41,798 bases of DNA from assembly GCA_031432155.1 (NCBI GenBank), contig JASJPP010000020.1:1-41798 (forward strand). The letters run 5' to 3'. The stretch comes from Patescibacteria group bacterium. GTDB lineage: Bacteria > Patescibacteriota > Minisyncoccia > UBA6257 > UBA9933. The notes beneath the pieces are model-generated. The model was not told the origin of the DNA and made no database searches. It saw only the letters and a program-made list of their open reading frames with translations. The translations under genes were made by a program, and so were the position numbers. Shown piece after piece: positions 16,751 to 26,524 of the stretch (positions are counted from its first letter, which is position 1; each line of letters starts with the position of its first letter).

Positions 16751-18488
16751 AATAACCCAGCCTTACAAGGCGAGCCGGAAAGACGTCAAAGACGTTATCG
16801 CGTCGTCAGGCGTGGAAATCAATCCGAATTTTTTAAAAGTCGGAGGAAAATTCGTCCGCACGATTTTTGTTTTTACTTATCCGCGTTATCTTTCGAGCGG
16901 CTGGTTTAATTCAATAATCAATCTCCCGAATTTGCTGGACATTTCCATTTTTGTCCATCCGGTTGACACGGTTTTGGCGCTTCGCAATCTCCGTAAAAAA
17001 ACGGCGCAGATAGAAGCTCAACTGATTGAATATCAGGAAAAGGGGCTGGTGAGAGATCCGGTTCTGGAAACGGCTTTCAAGGATATTGAAAATCTCCGCG
17101 ATCAGCTTCAGCAGTCGCAGGAAAGATTGTTCAATGCCGGAGTTTATCTCGCTCTTTACGCCGACTCGCTTGAAGAGTTGAACAAGCTTGAAGAAAAAAT
17201 CAATCACCTGTTTGAATCGCAGCTGGTTTACACCAAGCCGGCGACTTTTCAGCAAATGGAGGGTTTTGTTTCAACCTTGCCGCTTTGCGCGGACAAGTTG
17301 CTGATTCACACCCCGCTTAATTCCGGCCCGATTTCTTCTTTTTTCCCGTTCGTGGCGACTGATCTGACTTCCGACGAGGGGATTCTTTACGGCATTAACC
17401 GCCACAATAATTCTTTGATTATTTTTGACCGTTTTTCGCTGGAAAACGCCAATTCGGTGATTTTCGCCAAAGCCGGAGCGGGCAAATCTTACGCCGCCAA
17501 GCTGGAGATTTTGCGTTCTTTGATGATGGGGACGGATGTTTTGATTGTTGATCCGGAAAATGAATACAAGCGGCTGGCGGATTCGGTCGGCGGCAGTTTC
17601 TTCAAGATTTCATTGAGTTCGGAACATCAGATAAATCCTTTTGACATCCCCGTGATTCCCGAAGACGAGGATCCGGCCGATATTTTCAAATCGCATGTTT
17701 TGAATTTGACCGGATTGATTAAATTGATGCTTGGCGGCAAGGTGACGCCCGAAGAAGACGCTTTGTTGGACAAGGCGATTTTGGAAACCTACGCTTCCCG
17801 CGACATTACGCCGGATAAAAAAGATTTTTCCAATCTGGCCGTGCCGCTTTTGGAAGATCTGCAGACTGTTTTGGCGAATATGGAAAACGGCCAGGGGCTG
17901 GCCCAGCGTTTGGAAAAATACACCCGCGGCACTTACGCCGGATTCGTCAACCGGCCGACCAACATTGACATTAAAAACCGGCTGATCGTTTTTTCGGTGA
18001 GAGATCTTGAGGAAGAGCTTCGGCCGATCGCGATGTATATCGTGCTGAATTTCGTCTGGACGCTGGTAAAAGCGCAGTTGAAAAAAAGAATTTTGATCAT
18101 TGACGAGGCATGGTACATGATGAAATATCAGGACAGCGCCGCTTTTCTTTTCAGTTTGGCAAAAAGAGCGAGAAAATATTATCTGGGAGTGACGACGATC
18201 ACCCAGGACGTTGAGGATTTCATCAATTCTCCCTACGGGCGGCCGATCATCACCAACTCGTCATTGCAGTTTTTGCTCAAGCAATCGCCGGCGATGATAG
18301 AATTGATCGCCAAAACTTTTAATTTGAGCGAAGCGGAAAAAGGGCTTTTACTGGAAGCCGAGATCGGCGAGGGTTTGTTTTTCGCCGGTTTGAAGCACGT
18401 GGCGATCCATGTCATTCCCTCTTATTTTGAAGATCGGATTATCACCACCGATCCGGAGCAATTATTGGAAATAAAAAAAGAGGAATAA
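16737..18488 (+). CDS. virB4: VirB4-like type IV secretion ATPase
   Basis: Walker A AKAGAGKS, IVDPENEY, INPFD, Walker B LIIDEAW, KRARKY, TITQD. Confidence 0.9.
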   Translation: MEKIKITQPYKASRKDVKDVIASSGVEINPNFLKVGGKFVRTIFVFTYPRYLSSGWFNSIINLPNLLDISIFVHPVDTVLALRNLRKKTAQIEAQLIEYQEKGLVRDPVLETAFKDIENLRDQLQQSQERLFNAGVYLALYADSLEELNKLEEKINHLFESQLVYTKPATFQQMEGFVSTLPLCADKLLIHTPLNSGPISSFFPFVATDLTSDEGILYGINRHNNSLIIFDRFSLENANSVIFAKAGAGKSYAAKLEILRSLMMGTDVLIVDPENEYKRLADSVGGSFFKISLSSEHQINPFDIPVIPEDEDPADIFKSHVLNLTGLIKLMLGGKVTPEEDALLDKAILETYASRDITPDKKDFSNLAVPLLEDLQTVLANMENGQGLAQRLEKYTRGTYAGFVNRPTNIDIKNRLIVFSVRDLEEELRPIAMYIVLNFVWTLVKAQLKKRILIIDEAWYMMKYQDSAAFLFSLAKRARKYYLGVTTITQDVEDFINSPYGRPIITNSSLQFLLKQSPAMIELIAKTFNLSEAEKGLLLEAEIGEGLFFAGLKHVAIHVIPSYFEDRIITTDPEQLLEIKKEE

Positions 18489-18489
18489 T

Positions 18490-18879
18490 ATGGAAGGAGA
18501 AAAAAAAATCGGTTTGCCTGAAGCGATATTAATGTTTTTTGTGGTTGCTTTTGCCGATATTTTTGACGTTGTGACAACGATCAGTCTCGCCGTGCCGGTT
18601 TTGGGAGAAATACTGATTGTCCTTAATTGGTTTGTGGATATCGTTGTTTTGGCAATTATCTGGATTTGGCTTATAATAAAAGAAGAGATCGGCGCGCGAA
18701 TAATGATAACATCCCTGATCGGCAGTTTGGCGGAATTTATTCCACTGCTCGACGTGCTTCCGATAAGAACAGTGGTTTTGCTTTTGACGATTTACATGAT
18801 CAATCATCCGAAGGTTGCGGACGCGGCGGCGAAATTGACGCCAAAAGGCAGAGCGGCCGGCTCTGTCTCTAAAACCTAA
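18490..18879 (+). CDS. Small membrane protein
   Basis: Hydrophobic, E.IP.LD.LP motif, operonic with virB4. Confidence 0.75.
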   Translation: MEGEKKIGLPEAILMFFVVAFADIFDVVTTISLAVPVLGEILIVLNWFVDIVVLAIIWIWLIIKEEIGARIMITSLIGSLAEFIPLLDVLPIRTVVLLLTIYMINHPKVADAAAKLTPKGRAAGSVSKT

Positions 18880-18880
18880 A

Positions 18881-19585
18881 ATGAAGCACAACAACGCAAA
18901 ATTGAAAATTTTCCCAACAATTCTTATTTTTAGTTTTTCATTTTTGGTTTTTAGTTTAAGCAACGCGCAATCGGCGCCTCAATTTTTGGCTTCTTGGAAA
19001 GCGGACAGTTATGTTCCTTCATGGTACGGCGGGAAAGCTTTGCCGAGCGCCGGATCAAATATTGAAATAAGTTTTAATCTTATTGACGGCGGCAAAATCG
19101 TCGATCTTTCTAAAACTAAAGTGCGTTGGTATATAAACGATGAATTGACAGTAAATGAAGAAAGCGGTTTGGGAATAAAAACATTAAAATTTAAAGCGCC
19201 GCAAGAGGTGGTTGGAGAAATAGAAATAAAAATCGTCGTTATCGGATATAAAGAAACGGAGATTGAGAAATTTATAACGATTCCGATAGAAAAAGTTGAA
19301 GTTGTTATTGATTCGCCTCGTTATGATCAAAAAATCAGTCGAGAAAAAAATTTTTTTAGGGGCATTCCTTTTTTCTTTAATATCTTAAAAATCAGCAATC
19401 TTTCCGTTAAATGGATAGCCAATGAAAGAAATCCGGAAAATATCGGCGTTGATCCTTGGCGGCTTGATTTGAATATTGACACACAAGCTCCATCGGGTTT
19501 TGAGATTGATTTAAAAGTAGAGGTTCATAACGTATTAAACCAGCTTGAATTCGCGGGTAAAAATATAAAATTACAAATAAGATAA
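18881..19585 (+). CDS. Exported beta-rich hypothetical protein
   Basis: Signal peptide; W.ADSYVP.WY.GKALP motif. Confidence 0.75.
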   Translation: MKHNNAKLKIFPTILIFSFSFLVFSLSNAQSAPQFLASWKADSYVPSWYGGKALPSAGSNIEISFNLIDGGKIVDLSKTKVRWYINDELTVNEESGLGIKTLKFKAPQEVVGEIEIKIVVIGYKETEIEKFITIPIEKVEVVIDSPRYDQKISREKNFFRGIPFFFNILKISNLSVKWIANERNPENIGVDPWRLDLNIDTQAPSGFEIDLKVEVHNVLNQLEFAGKNIKLQIR

Positions 19586-19599
19586 ATAATTAATTTATT

Positions 19600-20592
19600 A
19601 TGATAATAATTTTGGTTAAAAATTGGGTTAAAAAAAATTTAATAACAAACATAGTTTTTTTAATTTTTATTTTTCTTTTTTTCGGTTTTCTTGGAGTTTT
19701 CGCGGCGGAAATAGATTTAAAATATCTTCCTTCCGACGTCGGTCAAAGCCCCGTCAGTTTCGTGTCCTGGTTTTACGGTTTCGCTTTGGGGCTGGTCGGC
19801 ATCGCCGTTTTCGGCGTAATTATTTACGGCGCGATTTTATACACCATTTCGGCCGGCAACGCGTCAAAACAGGCAGATGCCAAAGAATGGATTACCGCGG
19901 CGATATGGGGGCTTCTTTTGCTCCTTGCCGCTTATTTGATTCTTTGGACCATTAATAAAGACATTGTTGATCTTAATAAAATACAAAGTTTTCTTGAAAA
20001 AAAGGTTGAGCCGATTCAAACAACGCCGTTTCAGGGCGGAGGCGGAACATTCGGCGGCAAAGGCGGCGAAGGCGGCTGGGAAGGAAGTGGATGCGGCGAC
20101 GACGAAATGTTTGTGATAACCGGAGCCGGCGGGGAAGGCCATTGTCAGCCCAAATCAAACGGCGGCGGGCAGAAAATAGACGAAGGAGGGGCGGTGGCTT
20201 CCGGCAGCTTGTCTGAAGAAGACGCAAGAAGCATATTGGATTATCATAATATACAAACCAAAAGTCCTTGTCCCGGCGGACAAACCAGCAACTGCGTTAA
20301 TTTTAACGGCATGAAAGAAGAAACTATGGCTGAAATAGTTACTTTAAGTAAAGAAGTTGGTTCGCAAAACGTTTTTATAACGGGCGGGACCGAAGCCAAA
20401 CATAAAGACGGTGTTTACAACCATAGCAACGGATATAAATTTGACGTCAGGCCCAATTCTCAATTAGACGATTATATCGTTAAAAACTACGAGTTTATCG
20501 GGAAAAGAGATGATGGCGCCGACCAATATAAATCTCCAGGCGGAGCGATTTACGCGAAAGAAGGCAATCATTGGGATGTTTTAGTTAAATAA
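19600..20592 (+). CDS. VirB2/TrbC-like pilin domain fused to a putative zinc peptidase domain
   Basis: Pilin-like IIYG...Y..SAGN..K...AK..I..A..GL.LLL.AYLIL.TIN; Gly-rich linker; HSNGYKFD (HxxxxxxD) and EGNH (ExxH). Confidence 0.7.
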   Translation: MIIILVKNWVKKNLITNIVFLIFIFLFFGFLGVFAAEIDLKYLPSDVGQSPVSFVSWFYGFALGLVGIAVFGVIIYGAILYTISAGNASKQADAKEWITAAIWGLLLLLAAYLILWTINKDIVDLNKIQSFLEKKVEPIQTTPFQGGGGTFGGKGGEGGWEGSGCGDDEMFVITGAGGEGHCQPKSNGGGQKIDEGGAVASGSLSEEDARSILDYHNIQTKSPCPGGQTSNCVNFNGMKEETMAEIVTLSKEVGSQNVFITGGTEAKHKDGVYNHSNGYKFDVRPNSQLDDYIVKNYEFIGKRDDGADQYKSPGGAIYAKEGNHWDVLVK

Positions 20593-20608
20593 CAAATAAA
20601 GATATTTT

Positions 20609-21721
20609 ATGAAAAAAACAATCGTCATAATCATTGTTGTTCTGGGGATTGCCGCTCTCGGTTCCGGAGTTTATTTCGCCTGGAAAAATTCCAAACAAAT
20701 TTTAACGCCGCCGTCAAACGGAAAATCGGATTCCGGCGTTGATTACGGCGTTCAGGAAGGCGTTGAAAACAAAAACGGAAAACTGAAAATTATCAGCGGC
20801 CAGCCGGTTTTTGATTATTGGGCAAAAGCGTCTTCCACGTCCGGCGAAGCTGAATTTTTTTATATTAACCAAGACGGCTTGATTTCAAAAATTCGGAACG
20901 GCGCGCCTGAAATTGTTTCTTACGAACCGATTAAAAATCTGCAGGCCGTCAAAAAAAGCAAAGACGGCAAGTACGCGCTCATAAAATTCGGCGGTTCGAC
21001 AAATCCGGATTTCAGCATTTTTGACACGGATAACAATATCTGGGAGCCGTTAAACGGCGCGACCGCCGCCGATTTTTCGCCGGACAACAAGCAAATCGTT
21101 TATTTGGAGAACGACGGCGATTTAATGATTAAAAATTTGAACGGATCCAAACAGAAAGCGACAAAAATTATTTCCATCAATCAAAACGATCTCGATCTTT
21201 CCTGGTTGACGAAAGACAGAATTTTTTTGGTTTCAAAGCCTTCTTATCAATATACCGGCGAAATTTGGACAGTTGACGTTAAAACCAAAAAACTTAATTT
21301 GTTCGCCTCCGGCCGCGGCTTGATGATCGGTTGGTCGCCGGACGGGGAAAGAGGGTTGATGTTTAAAAGCGTCAACGGGCGTTCTTATGAAATGAATTTG
21401 ATAAACAAAGACGGATCGGCGCTGGCGAAAATTGAATCAATCGTTTTGCCGGAGAAATGCCTTATTCTCCAGTCAAAAATGTATTGCGCTGTTTCGCAAG
21501 GGCATAATTTTTTCAATGATCCGAAATTGCCTGACGATTATCTCAAAAGAGCCGTTTATTTCAAAGACGCTTTTTATTTGTTTGACATGATCGGCAATTC
21601 GTCGGAATTGTTGTTCGCTTCCAATCAGCCGGTGATAGACGCTTTTAATTTGTCATTGGCCGGCAACCGGCTTCTTTTCATCAACAGATATGACGACAAA
21701 CTTTACGCTTTGGAATTATAA
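20609..21721 (+). CDS. Membrane-anchored beta-propeller (TolB-like) protein
   Basis: N-terminal TM; FSPDNKQIVY, WSPDGER blade motifs. Confidence 0.75.
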   Translation: MKKTIVIIIVVLGIAALGSGVYFAWKNSKQILTPPSNGKSDSGVDYGVQEGVENKNGKLKIISGQPVFDYWAKASSTSGEAEFFYINQDGLISKIRNGAPEIVSYEPIKNLQAVKKSKDGKYALIKFGGSTNPDFSIFDTDNNIWEPLNGATAADFSPDNKQIVYLENDGDLMIKNLNGSKQKATKIISINQNDLDLSWLTKDRIFLVSKPSYQYTGEIWTVDVKTKKLNLFASGRGLMIGWSPDGERGLMFKSVNGRSYEMNLINKDGSALAKIESIVLPEKCLILQSKMYCAVSQGHNFFNDPKLPDDYLKRAVYFKDAFYLFDMIGNSSELLFASNQPVIDAFNLSLAGNRLLFINRYDDKLYALEL

Positions 21722-21724
21722 TCA

Positions 21725-23053
21725 ATGAAGCGGTTATGGCAAAAATTTTTGCTTTACGCCAAACTGCCGGAAATGCGGCTTTTTTGGTTATCTCTCCCTT
21801 TCGTCGTTTTTCTTCTGGCGATTAACGCTTTTTATTTGCCGGATATCTGGCTTCTGATCAGCTTGGCGATTTTTTTGGCGCTGATCGCCGTGTTGATTGT
21901 CAATAATCTTCGTTTGGCGCGCTCCAATTTGGAAATTAAAATAGAAAGAAACGAATTGGAAGGCGTTATTTCCAATTTGCGCGACGGCGTAATCGCTTAT
22001 GATCCGAATTTCAGAATTTTGATTTTTAATCCCGCGGCCGAGCAAATTTTTAACATAAGAAACAAAGAGGTGATCGGTCAGGATTTTTCGCCGGCGCGCG
22101 GCCAGGAATCGCGTTTTAAATTATTGACTCAGGTGATTTTCCCGTCTTTGGCGCCGCTGGTTATAAGGCGTTCGGAAGCCGGAGTTTATCCTCAAGTCAT
22201 CGATATTTCTTTCAGCGATCCCAAGATGGAATTGCGGGTTTTCACCGATAAAATCAGCGATCCGACCGATAAGCTTCTGGGTTTCGTCAAGGTGGTTCGC
22301 GATCGAAGCAGGGAAGTTGCTCTTTTGCGTTCTAAAACGGAATTTATTACGGTTGCCGCTCATCAATTACGCACCCCTCTAACCGGCCTTCATTGGGGTT
22401 TGGAAACATTGATTAAACAGCCGTCCGGAGACGAACAAAAAGAAATTCTTAACAATGCCCTGGACGCTTCGTCCAAGCTTTTAAGGATCGTCAATGATTT
22501 GCTTGATGCCGCTAAAATCGAAGAAGGGCGTTTCGGTTATAAGTTTGAAAACGTTAATATCGTAACTTTTATTGAAGACGTTATTAAAGAAGTCGGTGAT
22601 TTTGCCAAACAGCACAATATCAAGGTTTATTTAAAAAGGCCGGATGAAAATTCTCTCGCGGCCTCCATTGATCCGCAGAAACTGGGAATGGTTTTGTGGA
22701 ATCTTCTTGATAACGCCATTCGTTATAACGTCAAAAACGGCGAAGTTGTCGTCGGCGTCGAACGTCTTAAAGACAAACCTTATTTTCAGATAAGCGTTAA
22801 AGACACCGGCGTAGGCATTCCTCCCGACCATATAAACCGGTTATTCACCAAGTTTTTCCGTTCGGAAAACGTGGTTAAATTCGTTCCCGACGGTTCCGGC
22901 CTCGGGCTTTATATCGCCAAAAATATCGTCAGGCGGCACGGCGGTGAAATTTGGGCGGAATCGCAAATTAATCGCGGAACGACTTTTCTCTTCACTATCC
23001 CGACGGATTCAAGATTGATCCCGTCCAAAGAAATAGTTTACGAAGAAGAATAG
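21725..23053 (+). CDS. PAS-domain sensor histidine kinase
   Basis: 2 TM, PAS, H-box AAHQLRTPL, NLLDNAIRY, DTGVGI, GSGLGL. Confidence 0.93.
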   Translation: MKRLWQKFLLYAKLPEMRLFWLSLPFVVFLLAINAFYLPDIWLLISLAIFLALIAVLIVNNLRLARSNLEIKIERNELEGVISNLRDGVIAYDPNFRILIFNPAAEQIFNIRNKEVIGQDFSPARGQESRFKLLTQVIFPSLAPLVIRRSEAGVYPQVIDISFSDPKMELRVFTDKISDPTDKLLGFVKVVRDRSREVALLRSKTEFITVAAHQLRTPLTGLHWGLETLIKQPSGDEQKEILNNALDASSKLLRIVNDLLDAAKIEEGRFGYKFENVNIVTFIEDVIKEVGDFAKQHNIKVYLKRPDENSLAASIDPQKLGMVLWNLLDNAIRYNVKNGEVVVGVERLKDKPYFQISVKDTGVGIPPDHINRLFTKFFRSENVVKFVPDGSGLGLYIAKNIVRRHGGEIWAESQINRGTTFLFTIPTDSRLIPSKEIVYEEE

Positions 23054-23056
23054 GGC

Positions 23057-23971
23057 ATGCCGGAACTTCCCGAAGTTCAAACGACAGTCGATGATTTGAA
23101 TAAAAAAATTGTCGGCCGTAAAATCACCGGTGTTTGGTTTGACGCGTCTAAACTGATAAAAAAACCGAAAGCCCGGGAACTGGAGACGCGGATTAAAGGA
23201 TTAAAAATTATCAATGTTAAACGAAGAGGGAAAAACATTTTAATTTATTTAAAAAAATGTCAAATGTCGGGCGTCAAATGTCAAATGTTTTTGCTTTTGA
23301 TTCACCAAAAGATGACCGGACATTTGCTTTACGGCAAATGGGGAATTAAGAAGGTTCATCGTTTAAGGTTCATCGTTAAAAGTTTTATAAAAGGACCGCT
23401 TGAAGAGAAAGTGAACGATTATATCCATCTGATTTTTTATTTTGACAACGGCTGGCAGTTGGCGCTTTCGGATTTAAGAAAGTTTGCCAAGGTTTTATTC
23501 GGCGATAAAAACGAAATTGAAAAATTGCCTGATTTGGCTAAAATCGGGCCGGAGCCGTTGGGGAAAAACTTCAAAATCTCAAAGTTTAAAGGTTTGATAA
23601 GCGGGGAAAAAGGGAAAATCAAACAGGTTTTAATGAATCAGGAAGTAATCGCCGGCATCGGTAATATATACAGCGATGAAATTTTATGGAAAGCGAAAAT
23701 TCATCCATTTAAATCAGCCGGCGAGTTATCGGTTAATGAGTTAAATGGTTTATATAAGGCGACAAAAGAGATTCTTAAGAAAGCCGTGAAATTGCGCGGA
23801 ACTTCAATCAGTGATTATCGGGATACGGTCGGCAAACCGGGCGCTTACGCCAAGCAAAGATTTGTTTATCGGCGCGAAGGCGAATTATGTCGGCGTTGCA
23901 AAATAATAATAAAAAGAGTTAAAATTGGGGGAAGAAGCGCTTGTTTTTGTCCTAAATGCCAAAAATTGTAA
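23057..23971 (+). CDS. mutM: Formamidopyrimidine-DNA glycosylase
   Basis: MPELPEV, RRGK, GIGNIYSDEILW, C-terminal C4 zinc finger. Confidence 0.96.
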   Translation: MPELPEVQTTVDDLNKKIVGRKITGVWFDASKLIKKPKARELETRIKGLKIINVKRRGKNILIYLKKCQMSGVKCQMFLLLIHQKMTGHLLYGKWGIKKVHRLRFIVKSFIKGPLEEKVNDYIHLIFYFDNGWQLALSDLRKFAKVLFGDKNEIEKLPDLAKIGPEPLGKNFKISKFKGLISGEKGKIKQVLMNQEVIAGIGNIYSDEILWKAKIHPFKSAGELSVNELNGLYKATKEILKKAVKLRGTSISDYRDTVGKPGAYAKQRFVYRREGELCRRCKIIIKRVKIGGRSACFCPKCQKL

Positions 23972-25590
23972 AAAAATACATTTTTGTCGTCGGCGGAGTA
24001 ATGTCTGGAGTCGGGAAAGGAGTGGCGGTTTCTTCAATAGCCAAAATTCTCCAATCCCGCGGTTTTAACGTTACGGCCGTTAAAATTGATCCCTATGTCA
24101 ACGTTGACGCCGGCACGATGAATCCTACCGAACACGGCGAGGTTTTTGTTCTGGAAGACGGCATGGAATGCGATCAGGATATGGGAAATTATGAAAGATT
24201 TTTGAACTGCGACTTGCCCTCCGCCAATTATATGACTACCGGCAGCGTTTATTGGTCGGTAATCAATCGGGAAAGAAATCTTGGTTACGACGGACAATGC
24301 GTTGAGGTGGTGCCTCACATTCCGCTGGAGGTTTTAAACAGAATTGACAAGGCGCTTGTGAAAAATAAATCCGAAATCGTGATTGTCGAGATCGGCGGGA
24401 CGGTTGGCGAGTACCAGAACATTTTGTTTTTGGAGGCCGTTCGAATGCTGAAAATAAAAAAACCGGACGACGTTCTTCTGGCTTTGGTAAGTTATTTGCC
24501 GCTTCAGGGGGAGGGGAACGAATTAAAAACCAAGCCGACGCAATACGCGGTGAGAACTTTGAATTCAGCCGGACTTCAGCCGGACATTGTTATCGCCAGA
24601 GCGCGGATTCGTTTGGATAAAAAACGTAAAAACAAAATCGCTTTCAATTGCAATATCGCTGAAGAAAACGTCGTTTCGGCGCCGGACGTGGAAAATATTT
24701 ACGATGTTCCTCTTAATTTTGAAAAAGACAAGTTAAGCGACGTGATTCTTAAAAAACTTAAATTAAAATCCGGAAAACGAAATCTTGGCGATTGGCAAAA
24801 GCTGGCAAAGATCATCGGAAATGCCAAAAAAACGGTTAAAATCGGCATTGTCGGCAAGTATTTCGCCACCGGCGATTTTGTTTTGTCGGATGCCTATATC
24901 TCGGTCATTGAAGCGATAAAGCACGCTTCATATTTTTTCGGGCGCAAACCGACAATTGAATGGCTTAACGCCGAAATTTTTGAGAAAGAAAAATCAAAAC
25001 TTAAAACGTTGGATGATTACGACGGCATTATAGTGCCGGGTGGTTTCGGTAGCCGCGGAGTGGAAGGCAAAATCGCCGCCATTCGTTATTGCAGGGAAAA
25101 CAAAATTCCTTTTTTTGGGCTGTGTTATGGAATGCAGCTGGCCGTCGTGGAATTCAGCCGTTCGGTTCTTGGCCTCAAAAAAGCCAACACCGCCGAGATT
25201 GATCCGAAAACTCCTTATCCGGTCATTGATATTCTTCCCGAGCAGAAACAAAAAATTGCCAAAGGCGATTATGGCGGGACGATGAGGCTTGGCGCCTGTC
25301 TGGCGGAAATTAAAAAAGGAACAATCGCTTACGGCGCCTATAAATCTTTTTTAATCACTGAGCGTCATCGCCATCGTTACGAGGTTAATCGTGAATATAT
25401 CGGAGCGCTGGAAAAAAGAGGATTGGTTTTTTCCGGTTTTTCGCCTGATCGGAAATTAATGGAAATTTTGGAGCTCCAGCGAAATCTCCATCCGTTTTTC
25501 GTCGCCACTCAGTTTCATCCGGAGTTTAAGTCGCGCCCGCTTGATCCGCATCCGCTTTTTAAAGAATTTATCAAAGCGGCGATATCTTGA
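23956..25590 (+). CDS. pyrG: CTP synthase
   Basis: GGVMSGVGKG, KIDPYVNVDAGTMNP.EHGEV, KTKPTQ, GLCYGMQ, RHRHRYE, QFHPE. Confidence 0.97.
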   Translation: MPKIVKKYIFVVGGVMSGVGKGVAVSSIAKILQSRGFNVTAVKIDPYVNVDAGTMNPTEHGEVFVLEDGMECDQDMGNYERFLNCDLPSANYMTTGSVYWSVINRERNLGYDGQCVEVVPHIPLEVLNRIDKALVKNKSEIVIVEIGGTVGEYQNILFLEAVRMLKIKKPDDVLLALVSYLPLQGEGNELKTKPTQYAVRTLNSAGLQPDIVIARARIRLDKKRKNKIAFNCNIAEENVVSAPDVENIYDVPLNFEKDKLSDVILKKLKLKSGKRNLGDWQKLAKIIGNAKKTVKIGIVGKYFATGDFVLSDAYISVIEAIKHASYFFGRKPTIEWLNAEIFEKEKSKLKTLDDYDGIIVPGGFGSRGVEGKIAAIRYCRENKIPFFGLCYGMQLAVVEFSRSVLGLKKANTAEIDPKTPYPVIDILPEQKQKIAKGDYGGTMRLGACLAEIKKGTIAYGAYKSFLITERHRHRYEVNREYIGALEKRGLVFSGFSPDRKLMEILELQRNLHPFFVATQFHPEFKSRPLDPHPLFKEFIKAAIS

Positions 25591-26390
25591 TGATAATTTT
25601 TTTATACGGTCCCGATTCTTATCGGCGGCAACAAAAATTAAACGTAATTGTTGATGAATATAAAAAGAAATATTCCGTTTTTTCCTGCGGTTATTTTAAT
25701 CTGGAAAACGGCGACGATTTTGAACGGCTGAAAGAATTTGCTTCTCAGCGTTTAATTTTTGACAGCAAGCGTTTGGCGGTCGTAAAAGGGCATCCGGAAG
25801 AAGAAATAACAGGTGAATTAAAGAAGTTTTTAGATGTTTGCGCCGGATTGCCCGACCTGACGCTTTTGGTTTCCTGGGACAAAAAACCTTTAAAAAAATT
25901 TGAACCGGTTTTGAAAAAAGCTTTTTCGGTTGAAGAATTTTTAGATTACAGCCGCGAAAAAATGGTATTTTTCGTCAAAAAAGAAGCGGCTCGGCGCGGA
26001 ATCGTTTTAAGCGATCGAGCCGCCGATTTTCTTGCGGATTTTTTCGCCGGCGACAACTGGGGGTTGATTTCCGAACTTGATAAATTGAGTTTTTTAAACA
26101 AAAAAGAACTGGACATCGACGATTTAAAAGCGGCCGGCGATTACAATCAATCCCCGAACATTTTCGGTTACATAAATTCCGTTTCAAGAAATTATCGCCT
26201 CAGTCAGAAAATGTTTATGCTGGAAAAACTTTTTATTTCTTCGGAAGAGCCGGCAAAAATTTTTAATATATTGGCCGGTTTGGATCGGTTGCCTGATGAA
26301 TTAATCCGCCGATTGGCCGATTACGACATCGCGGTAAAATCCGGCAAGCTTGATTACGAAGAAATCCTGTTGAGTTTGGTTTTGGAGTGA
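25587..26390 (+). CDS. holA: DNA polymerase III delta subunit (short form)
   Basis: IFLYGPDSYR N-terminus; ELDKL; D.AVKSG C-terminus. Confidence 0.75.
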   Translation: MMIIFLYGPDSYRRQQKLNVIVDEYKKKYSVFSCGYFNLENGDDFERLKEFASQRLIFDSKRLAVVKGHPEEEITGELKKFLDVCAGLPDLTLLVSWDKKPLKKFEPVLKKAFSVEEFLDYSREKMVFFVKKEAARRGIVLSDRAADFLADFFAGDNWGLISELDKLSFLNKKELDIDDLKAAGDYNQSPNIFGYINSVSRNYRLSQKMFMLEKLFISSEEPAKIFNILAGLDRLPDELIRRLADYDIAVKSGKLDYEEILLSLVLE

Positions 26391-26460
26391 GCGGGCGATG
26401 GGAATCGAACCCACGCTTGGACCTTGGAAGGGTCCCATACTGCCACTATACGACGCCCGC
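26390..26460 (-). tRNA. tRNA-Gly (TCC), CCA not encoded
   Basis: GCGGGCG acceptor stem; anticodon arm GGACC-CTTCCAA-GGTCC; GTTCGATTC T-loop. Confidence 0.95.
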
Positions 26461-26524
26461 TTATTTTTTAAATTTATCACTCATCGTTGATTTTTTCAAT
26501 GTTTGGTGATAAATTAAATAAATA

